Of a DNA stretch of 64,000 nt, positions 15,401 to 27,400 are shown piece by piece (position 1 is the stretch's first letter; each line of letters begins with the position of its first letter). Origin of the DNA: Mytilus trossulus (taxonomy: Eukaryota); assembly GCF_036588685.1 (NCBI RefSeq), contig NC_086381.1:41788001-41852000 (forward strand), in the 5' to 3' direction. The translations under genes were made by a program, and so were the position numbers. The notes under the pieces were generated by a model that saw only the letters and a program-made list of their open reading frames with translations, made no database searches and was not told where the DNA came from.

Positions 15401-18400
15401 AGATATCGACACGCAATTACGACTACATCGGGTTACTGTAGTTTTGTTCCTTAGACATATCTTGGGTGCAAAGGTGAGAAGGTAACACAATGGCCGACCG
15501 GAGAGAATTGATACTCTAAATTCAAAATCGATGGTGATCTCTTATCTAGCAGAATTAAACTTTAATATTCATGCATTTGAGCATTTTTATACAGAATGAA
15601 CATAATATCAATTTTTTTTTTGCGAAGTTTCCCTTTAATGAAAATTCCCAATCATCACAATAAAAAGGGTGAAACAGCTTGTATACTTTGAGCTTTCGAA
15701 CTAAATGGTAACCCCAACCCCCAACATAGAATGGTTCAAATTTTGAGTTGGAGCCGTTAGACTGCTCTATAAATTGATATAATTTGTCTCGGTGGATCCA
15801 GGGGGTTCCGGGGGTTAGACCCCCTTTTTTTGGCCGATCAATGCATTTGCATACTTGGACCCCCCTTTTACTCTGGGTTGGGACCCCCTTTTTGAAAATG
15901 GCTGGATCCGCGCCTGATTGTAGTACACTGCACTGTGAGTGTTTGTTAGATAATCACGCGCGATTTTATCATTTAAATGAAATGCTTCACGAAATAACTA
16001 AGATCAGTTTATGTGTACTCGTAACACAAAGAAGAAAAGATTGGGCTGCTTCTCTTCAATTGTGTCTAGTTACCAAAGTAACATCAAAATTTATAATTCT
16101 CTGACAATGCACCTGGTGATATATTGTATATGTCATTCCAACACTTACACTTGTTCTTTTATTTGTGTGGTTATTTAATGACCATTTTAATTCAAAGCTT
16201 GGTCAGTTGGATTTGCATCCTTCATTTTCCAGTACTCCAGAATTTCTACATACATATCACAGTAAGTAATTAAAGTTGTGTGTTAAACGTCAATGCGAAA
16301 GCAAAAAATCCATAATTTTTTTTAGAGGGCACATATGTTTCTTTCGTCTGACAGCAGGTATACACCACAGTTATCGTAAATTATAAAAACATATATAAAA
16401 AAAATCGAAAAGAAACCATTATTTTTTTTAACACAAAACAGAGAAAAGAACTGGAAAGTGCGGGGAATCCATGCGCCTTTCCTCCCTGATGTTTCGATAT
16501 TTAAAAAAATAATTATTCTTTTATCCATGTTAACACGTGAAAACTACACCAGTGAGTTCCATATATGTCATAAACTTACAGCTGGTCCTGAATATGCATG
16601 AAGTATTTGCCACTGGACTTTAAACAACCAACAATCAATCACACTACAACTTATAGTATATATAGTTGTGAAATACAAAATGTATATTATAATTATACAA
16701 TTAGCCAAATAAATAGAATACAATGATACACACTACTTTATATACTAAGTAACTGACATAATTTAAAGGAATAATCTCTAAACTATACAAGTAGAGAAAC
16801 GAAAAGTTTCTTTTGAATAGTAAACAAACTTCCGAACAGTACATGTTTTTTAATGATTTTCCCGACGGCGCTCAAATATTTTGCATGGTCTTTTAGTGTT
16901 TAGACATATGACATTGTAAGAACCTTTAACGTATAATAGATTCAAATTCGTTATTTTGTTCAATATAAGAAAAACAAAGACATGTATATTAAAAACTGAC
17001 GGTCAGACATCACTATTTAAATACGTGTATACACAAATTCATTAGTTCTTTATTAACGTTTAGCCCTCCGGCACCTTTTTTTTTTTTATTAAGAATGATG
17101 ATGAGAGTAATTGTAAAATATAATAGGCATGTTCTTTCTTACGTTATGGATCATTGATTTTGTTACCTGTTGACCCGGTTGATTACTAGCACGTGCCATT
17201 GAACTCGACCATTTTAACTAACACAGATTTTTTTTAAATTAACGCCATACATATATACTAAGTACTATATACATATAATATGAATTAGAAAATAAATTTT
17301 ATAAGGATACAACATTGTTTGAATGAACATTTTTATACGGTGATACTTTAACACGGTCCCGACAGAGACTGAATGCAGTATCATGATCAGCTTTCGGGAT
17401 CCGGGAAGTCTTTTTTTTGAATTTCCGGATGTCGAGAATATTTTTTTCCAAGTTTAATAGAGTAACTCGCACGAAAAAAACATAAAAAAGCAACAGCTTC
17501 CACGGTAAACTATGACATATATCAACAGATAACGAATTAAAGCAACTGTAACACATAAAACAAAAATATGCATGTGTTAATTTGCCTCCGTTGCATTTCT
17601 GTGGATTGTCTCATTGGCAATCATACCACATTTCCTTAACTTTTTAAGGTAACGTTTAGGATTTTCCGTTACTTTTTAATCTTCAAATACGAAACACATT
17701 TTCACCGGTGTTCACATTTTAAGGTTAAATTGATGGCATACATTTTGGTGTGTATACAATAAACATACGTCCTTGCATTTAATTATCAATATATATATTC
17801 ATATAAACTAACATTTATTAAAAAATAAACAATTATATAGACGAATAATTTAGTAGTTCCTCAACAAAACAAGAAAAGAAATAAAGAATCAACAGAAGAT
17901 TTAATCCTTATCTATCTTTTAATTAACCAAAATATACTTCAAATTATAATTATATTAAAATACATGTATATTAATCTAAAATGCATTATCGAGTAGAAGG
18001 GGCGCAACTCGTGGTATCAAACCGATATACTGAACGGATCTAAACAGGGTCTGAAAATTTTGAACGTAATTTTGTATCCATGGTCTGTTTTGGTCTGACA
18101 CTGTCTTAACGGGTCTAAACAGCCCGCTAGACGATTCAGTCTTTTCCGTCTGGACATGCCTTAACGAACTGATTTACCTGATGCGGCTATCGATCGTAAC
18201 GCAGTCTTAACGGTCTAAAATGTCTCGACGATTTCCTCTAGCGGTAAATCCAGTCAATCAAGATGTGATCAGACCAAAATGACCGTTTCAGACTGAAATC
18301 GTGCTACTAGTGCCTGTACCGATGAGTTTATCTTCATACAGAAAATTAAAAAAACATTGCAAGCTCCCCATGAATTAACCATATTCAAATACAGCCATCG

Positions 18401-21400
18401 CTTTGATCAAAGCGCTCTAGGTGAAGGCAAATATTTTCCATTCAAATAAATGAACGCTCTATTGAATTGATGTTATAGAACGGAGCAAATTTAATTAGTG
18501 ACATGCTTAAACTATTTACAATAACGTTTTTGGATACGTTTGGATAATTTTAAATGATAATGTTTTTTATATATGTCTAATATGATTTACAAAATGGCTT
18601 ATAACAAATTTTAGCGTCGTTTGTTAAAGTGTCATTGGTTTGATGATTTTCAGTTTCTATAAAATGCTTATATTCGTCGTTTTTTGACGTCGGGTAGCTC
18701 ATTCATAAAAAAAACCCCAAAACATATGATGGAATGTTTTGCAAATGTAATAAAATTTATAAAGTAAGCTAGCTATAAAACCAGGTTTAATCCAACTTCT
18801 ACATAAGAAAAATGCCTGTATCAAATTAAACATGACAGTTGTTATCCATTCGTTTAATGTGTTTGAGCGTTTGATACTGCATTTGATTACGGACTTTCAA
18901 TTTTGAATAATCCTTGGTGTTCGATGTTTTTGTTATTTTACATTTTTCTAACATAATGTACACATATACTACTTGCCAACTGCGTATTGGAAATGCATTG
19001 GAAAAGGGTCATCTGGATCCACGAAAGCACCAACTGACCAATTTGCAATTAGATTTTCATCTACTAAATTAACGTCAATCTGATCACCAGCAAACTGTGG
19101 TTTTGTTGTGTCAACAATAAATGGACCAATACTCTGAAATATAAATAATAGTTCTCAAAGGAACTTTCGTAAACTTATACATGTAATAATAATACAAATG
19201 AACACCAAATTTAACACTGTTGATACATTCAAGGAGGTTCAAGGGTATTAATCAATTTTTTTTTAAATATAGGATTTTGCTTTTTTTTTTTCAATAAAAA
19301 ACATTATCATATACTTAATAGAAAAATAAAATACTCACAGTCTGCCTTTCAAAATAGCATGAATTTTTGCTAAAGTTCTTTTTTCTATTAAGTTAAAAGG
19401 AGAAATAGAGGTATTATCAAAATGAATAAAGAACTAAATTACAAAACTCATTTTAATTTTACAGTTGTTTTGTTTAATTATACGAACAGCTTCTTTGAAT
19501 AAAATAATGAAAAAATAGGTCATCGATGAGTTAAAAAAAAATTCAATTTAATGCAAACAATTGTCATCTGGGCCCATAATGAATTGATTTGTTTGGTTAA
19601 TTTATGCAACATATTATAAAGTTACAACTAACAGTGTGATAAATAATATTTGTAATGAAAACTATACTGTTCAAATTTTTGCTGAAATTTTTGTACCCTC
19701 GAGCTTTAAGTACATGTACTTTAATGTACCATTGTTTCTTTATTCAATAATTGTTAAGATATAATTACTATTATTCTGACTGTATAATTTTGAATCATAT
19801 AATTACTATTATTCTGACTGTATAATTTTGAATCATAATATAAATTAAGTTACCAGGATACTGTACACCATGTGCTACTCATTAAAATAACACACGAGCT
19901 CTTGACAAATCTTATAGGATCTAAGGTTATTATGGGTTTTTATGTTGGATTCATGTTGTTAAAAATTTAACAGTAGTATTTTAGGTTGTTTATGACGTCA
20001 ACATTTCTCGTTGTCCAATGGTGATGTTCGTGCTTATTTGATTCTAATTAGTTACCCTCTCTTATCGTATTGCAATATCTCGCTCATGCTTGATTTTATT
20101 TTATTGTACAATGATGATTTCATTATGCCGATCGTTTGTCTGAATTTACAAGTTATTTATCTCAACGAAAATGCATAAGGGCATCATTTTCTGTATTGTA
20201 AAAATTGTGAATACGTTAATATAAATACGTTGCAATATAATGACTAATCAAATAAATATAACCTGTATGCCTTCAACTCCAGCTTTACTTATTGATTTAA
20301 TGATAACGTGAAATTCCTTTCCATCTGGAACATCGGGGTGATTCAGTCTGAAATGTGTATGGTGTTTGGTTGTTCGAAATGGCACTATGTCGGGGGCAGA
20401 ACTGTGTGTGGTTGAGGACAGTCCCACTTCGTAATCATGAATTAATTTGTAATCAATTCCTGACTTCCAAATCATTTTAAACTGAAAATAAAATTATTAT
20501 TTAATATAATTTTACATATGAGATAGGAATACACACTTATTTTAGTATACCATAGAAATTTTATAGAAAATATTGATGCAATATTAATGATTTCCAGTGT
20601 CAGTTTTCAGATATTGTTGAACTTATAATAAAATGTCTTTAATTGATCAAAGTTGTGTCTAATGAGTAGTCTTCTCATATACAATCATATCATTACATTT
20701 CCTTGCTGGCATTTCAGATAGAAACGTATTGATTTAGCGAGTACTATTAACAGGACAGTAACTTTTGCTATCTTAATACAACCCAGAAGAACAAAAGAAC
20801 CATTGAAACTGCCATACTTAATATGGTCAACGTTCCACGTGATAGTACCGTGCGTTGTTTTAATAAAGAAAGACACACCAAAATGCAATGAATACTCACG
20901 GGCAAACATTCTTATTTGATGATTAACCATATCATCTTGGTCACATCATACCAGTTATTGAATTTCCACTTAATTGGTTATTTCCGTCTGACACGTTTGG
21001 GTATACATATGATATCGTTTATTAGGATTTGTTTTTCATTCGGAAAACATTTTGACGGTTAATCCCAAATTGTCTATTTTTGAACTTACATTCATCAAAG
21101 GTTGTGTTCGTTTATGACGGCATTTTGCACAATTCATCAGAGGACTTTAAAGATCAGACCAATCCAGATTTAGAGTATCGATTCAATATAAACATTTAAC
21201 CAGTGCAACTAAATATAGATGGAACTAACAAAATTCCCAAGTTTGGGTATACATGTGCATTATATATTTGTACAGCTGTCAAAATTTGCTTTATTTCTTT
21301 TCATGTCTGATTAAACATTATGATTTGGGTATTGCTGACAAGCGAATTGTAAAGTTGCTCTTTCTAAATCATGAAATCCAAGTTAACAAGGTTTTCTATT

Positions 21401-24400
21401 TTTTTTTGCTGCTACTAGAATGACGACATTAAATAAATGGCAGACTATTTACATATTACTAGTAGCTACTCATACAAACCTGAGATGCTTTAACTACAAC
21501 TGCTAGTATATTTAAGTTATCGGAGTGTTTACAGAGTTTGCTTCCGTAACGTGACAAGGGCTTACCAATAGGAAATACAGTTATATTTTGTTCTTTGGAA
21601 ACGCTGAAATAAGAACATTAGTATCTTAAAGCCAGATCAATAGAAGTTACAGAAAAATAGAGTTACGTTTTAGTATCGAAAACTTCTATACATCTTGTTT
21701 GTAGTTGGCTGTTAACCGTGAAAAATGTTTCAGTAGATCAATGATGTAATATCTAAATATTTTGCTTTTTTATTCTCTACCATTATTAGATTGACACTAT
21801 TTTAGTTGTTGATGTCGTTAGAATAATTTCAATTACTGTTGGTATTTTTTTTAATTTTTTGTGGAAATTACTGAAATCTCCAGTTAATGTGTACTGTTTA
21901 TATCAGAAGAGCACAAACTGAAGCACGAAATAACACTTGTGTACTTTCCTAGATTACCGGAAATTTATTCAAAGGTTTTACTTTTGAAATCGTAAGATAT
22001 GTTATGGTTTGTTATGCAGACTGCAGAGAATTCATATTCTCTTGCTCATTGTTTTGTTTGTTTGTCGTAATTTTTATTGCTACTTCTGAGATGTTTCTTT
22101 GACAAGGTCACAACGTAGTAGAATATGAACAAAAAATGTTTTGAACAAGACTTATTTTGGAAAGATCTGTTTGTAGTCTTCGAATACGTATACGTATATA
22201 TCTTTCGACTTAATGCAATATTCCAATGGTTTTGTTATAATGTTTATAATAAAGAGTGTTTTATTCTTTAAAATTTGTTTTGAGAATAGTTTGATAAGTC
22301 ACATGGTCGACTACATAACTTGATCGACCATTACCCGGTTAAAATTGACGAAATACTTTATCAAAAATCCATTATCATTTCTATGTTTATATTGGGCCTC
22401 TGCGTGACTTTCGGTTGTAAGAACACATATATCATCGTTTTATTTCCGGGGATAAAGGACTTCCTTACATTTCTGATAGGTTTAAGAGCCATTTTGTAGT
22501 GAGATTCACGTTGCTCATTCGATTGAAAACTATTTAAATACGATTTTCCTTTTCTCTGAAATTTAAACTTAATTTATGTGTTATTGTTTCTTACTTGCAA
22601 CTAGAACTGATATTCCCAACTAAATGTCTTTGTAAAACGTTATCAAGCAACCATACACTTCCAGTATTATCTTGTATAAGTATTGGCCTCGTTTTGGAAC
22701 CTTCCAGTACGAAATCTTTCACATATGGCATAGTTGTCATTACAGTGACACCATCAGAACAGACAACATTTGAATGTTCCATCGCTCTATTAACAGCAAC
22801 GACTGATATAAAATATGTTCCTTCATCGGGAGCATCAAAAGAAGCAAATGTATTATATGTTTTCTGCGTCTACAATAAAGCATATAACTTCCTTTAAAGT
22901 CATTCCATTGGTTTATCATTATCAACAGGACATGTAAAGGATATTATAATAATTTATTGGTGATCTATAGTTAGAAGGTATCACACATATTTAATTTTCA
23001 ACAAGTCTTTTACGCATACACTTATGGCGTCAACAAAACTTAACCTGACTAAAACATACAGGGACCGTATCAAAATGTCGAAATATAGGGAATAAATGAT
23101 CACGTTAAACTTGATTGGATGTAAAAGATATAATTTTTGTCATTCCTCTTATAATTTCTTTTATTACTAATGGAGCTATTAAAACTACATTCCGATGTAT
23201 GTGAAGTGAGCTTCCGGTTCGTTATTCGATATTCAATATCCAACCGGCTGCTAGCAGTCGGTTGGATATTCAAAATTTAGTTGAAAAATATAAAAAAAAG
23301 GGAATACTTAATAACATTAAAGCATGATTTTAATAGTTAAGAGGAGGAAATCGTGTCATGACCTCTTCTAACTGCCGTAAATTCTCGTTGTTCTCGAACA
23401 TAAACCCTTTTTTAACTGGCATATTTGTTTTTATGTAATACAGATTTTTTTCAATAAAAGAACTTCAAAGATGTACTTTCATATATGTTATTTCAAAATA
23501 AAATCGAACATTGGCCTGTGCCCTTTGTCCTGAAATTGTGACATTTTTTTAGCTGACAAGTTACAATATAAATACTCCGTAGATATCGAAGATGACATTA
23601 TTCTGGAAAATCCATGTGATACAACCTGTAAATATACCGAGTCTATGATTTTGTTGAATTTGATGGACTTTGAAAGGCCAGGGGGGTCTCGTCCTTATTT
23701 TAACGTTCTCAGGTATGTTTTCACTATATAATTTGAATATCCAACTGTCACTTCGGACGCTCCGTAAACATGGAAGACAAGAAGTGTAGCCAAATTGCTT
23801 TTAGTCAAGTTTGTAACTACCTATAATCTAAATGTCTTCATAACATTAGAAAGATTGATAGATCACCATTACCCTGTGCCCTTTGTCCTGAAAATTTGAC
23901 AATTTTTAGCTGAAAAGTGACAATATAAGCCCTCCGTAGATATCAAAGATGACATTATTCTGAAAAATCCTTTTGATACAACCTTTTTATATACAGAGTC
24001 TATATGTTTAGTGTACATTGAAAGAACAGGGAGGCATAACCGTGATTTAAGCGGTCTCAGGTAGGTTTTTACTATTTTTTTCTGTTTTTTCCCCTAGATC
24101 TATATGTTTCAAGAGTGATCGGTTTTTAATTTTTGTTTTAATACATATCATATATTAAATTACATTTTTGGCGTCGTTTTATTGATAAAAATCCATATAA
24201 CATTAAGACAAATACATGTATGCATTGATAAGGGTTTATACTCGAGAACAACGAGAGGTTAAGACAACTTGATAAGACGATTTCCTACGTATCTTTTTGC
24301 TCCTATCAACTATAAAAAACCTGTTTTTAATGTTATCAAATTTTGTATTTTTTAAGGATTTTCAAATAAAATTTAATATCCAGCCGACTGGTAGCAGCCG

Positions 24401-27400
24401 GTTAGATATTGAATATCGAACAACGAATAAAGAACCGGCTACTAACTTCACATTCATCAACTCTCTCATATTTCAATCTTATAATGCGGCAATATTTTAC
24501 ACTTCTGCAATATGTTATCAAAGGTATCAGGCTTATTATTTGATACGCGCGTTTTGTCTGCAAACGACTCACAAGTGACACTCAGACCAAAAAAGTTAGA
24601 TATCCAAACAAATACAAAGTTGAAAAGTTTTGAGGACTCAACATTCCAAATACGGCGAAGGATATATTTATGCTTGCGATAAGAAAATTTCGAATAATTC
24701 ATACTTTAACAAACAGTAAATTTATAAAAAAAGACTGACTACTGCTGACTACTAAGCTTGTAATACCATCAAAAACGAAACGTCCAACCGCAGTGGCATC
24801 GATTTAGTGGAGTGAATAGTTATTAGGGGTACCAGGCTTATAACTTGATACGCCACATGTGCGTTTCGTCGAACCGTCCGTGACGCTCAGATCAAAAACC
24901 AATAAAATGCAGGACAACTTATTAGATTTTTACGAATACATGTCACTTTTAAGGTAAAGTGCATGAAATGCATTAGACTTTTAATGTAATACTATTATGA
25001 ATGTGTTACGGTATAGCATACAATTGGCGTAATGAATGAAGTGTTTTAACTCATTCTAGACAATTTGCCTAGACAGTTTTATATCACCTATACATTCACA
25101 CGACAAAAATGCTTTATACTTTTGTGTTTCTATATAACCTCCTTTATTTAACACTGAAAAAGTCGGTCACATCGCAGCTGCAAAACAGAACCAATACAAA
25201 ACAAATTTTAGAAATATGTTTTTTACACGGTGTTTAAATTATAAATTAGAAACAAATATATAATATGAATGATTAGTAATGCACGCCTGAGATGGCAATT
25301 ATCAAAACGGTTCCCTGAGGTCCTATGCACAGATGTCAATATCTAAATCGAATTGTTTTCAAAAAAGTTTAATTAGGAAAGGAGTACCTTATTACTATTC
25401 TTGAATTCTTCATTTGTAAAACAGTAGTCAGCAAAGATAAATCGATAGAATTCTACGCCACTCTCTCTATCGAAAAAACCTTCCCAATGTGCGTCTAAAT
25501 GTAAATCTGTTTGGTAGTCCACTTCTGTGTCACCTCTGATACCGTCATGCACAGTGCCCTCGTGAGGTGGCGAAACATCTATTGTAATCTTCAAAGGAAA
25601 GATAACGACATCAAATATTGTTTAAAATTGAATTATATTCAAAACAAATTATATCTAATTGACTTGCATATTTAAAGACCAATTACTAGTATTTAATAAT
25701 GTACAATAATCTAAGTATAAAAAAGCACTGAAAAATATATATGTTCACAGACAAGTTGTCAACAATGTTTAAGCTTAAACGGATAATTGAAATGACACTC
25801 AAAGATATTTGAATCTAAACAAAACGAACATTACTTTACCTTTTTAACTGCGGTAGTTTTTATCAGAGCATTATTGATGACTTGGATCTCAATGAAATAA
25901 TCTGAATCATGAACTCCTTTATCCTTTCCTGTTATTAATCCAGCATCTTTTCCTATTTCTGCTAATTTCGGTTTAACATGGAAATGTTTATGGTAGCAAC
26001 CATGAAACATAGTACAGTAACATGATGAGCCTCTTGGTTCGTTTTCGTATTTACTTTCACATATTGTGAGATTCTGAAAAAATGAATAAAAAAATATGTT
26101 TTTTTTACAAAAAATGCATTATAAGAACAATTATAGCCATGCTTAAAACGAAATTGCGTATATGTTATTAAGAAATCAGAGAAGGGCAGAAATCATAAGA
26201 AAATAAAAATGGCCAGTACACAATTGTTTGATTGGCAATTTATATCCAATTTTCAGAACAAAAAATATAACTTGAAGCTTTAAAGAGTCGATATCGCTTA
26301 CCTGCATCTTCAACAATGATCACTCTTTAGTTAAAACTACATTATAAGGGAACAACTCTTCTAAGATTTTACGGACAATTGAAGTTAGGTTAGCGAATTT
26401 ACATATCTTATACTGCTGATGATTTTGTTCTGTTTGAAGTTTCGATCTTTCATAGTTATTATTTATTCAGAAAGTGCTAAAATATAGATCTTGTCTTGCT
26501 TATATTTAAAGTTTCTACTGTCTGTTATTAGTTTCAAAACATTTGGCAAAAGTGTTAAAAATTCGTCGTTTTAGTGCAATAACTCCTAAAAGTAGTCATC
26601 TAACAGTTTAGATGTCAATAGTCATTACGTAGATTTCATGCATCACAGTGAACATTTTCACCCCTGTCGTTTTCGCTATCTGAAGGGGAGTTGTTACCGC
26701 TTTGTTGTATTTTTAACCACGTTTGTCGGCAAGCGTGGTCATCAGATACCTAGTTTCTAAACTTGATATGCCTTTGATGTTTGTGGCTTTCGGGCCATTT
26801 GAGCTAAACGGTTGTATCTTTTAGGCATATTAACATCGTTAATGTATTTTATGATCACGTATGTTTACTACAAATTATACTGTGTTATTTATAACTATTA
26901 CTTGAAGATCATATTGTTTATTTTGCTCCAAAGATATTCTCAATAACAGATGTATGTTTCAACTTTCCATGTTTTGTTTATAAATATATATATTCAGTTT
27001 GTTATAAGATTATCTTTTAGGGGTATGTGATGTTTAGACAACAATTTCGTTATTAAAAGAACTGGAAACTTACAAGATTCGCAGTGTGTTATGAGATCTT
27101 GTTCCGTCTTGAAGCCCTAAACTTGTCTACAATGCGGGTATAAATATTTACATAAAAAAGAGCAAATATGTTCAGTTTTGTTTATTTCAGTCAATAAAAT
27201 CTGGTGTACAAGTCAGTGTAAGGTATCAAAACTACTTAAATTTTGTTAATTAATTAATTTATTTATTAATTTATTTAACGAAATTCCCAAGATTGTAGTC
27301 ATTTGCTTTATACATTAAATCTTTACATAACAATTATGTTTTATTTACTATGCAGGAATATAGATTTACATAATAAAGTGCAAAAGGTCAGTTAAAGTTG

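Larger units (their letters stand above)
3154..18312. mobile_element. 15.2-kb non-autonomous CACTA/EnSpm (CMC)-type DNA transposon
   Basis: Ends are CACTAGTAGCACG...CGTGCTACTAGTG. TIRs are ~285 bp, with the first 91 bp perfect. 3-bp TSD CCT at 3151-3153 and 18313-18315. No transposase ORF seen. Confidence 0.9.

Noticed and set aside
19760-19837. 38-bp exact tandem duplication
   Set aside because: An ordinary slippage duplication in an intron.
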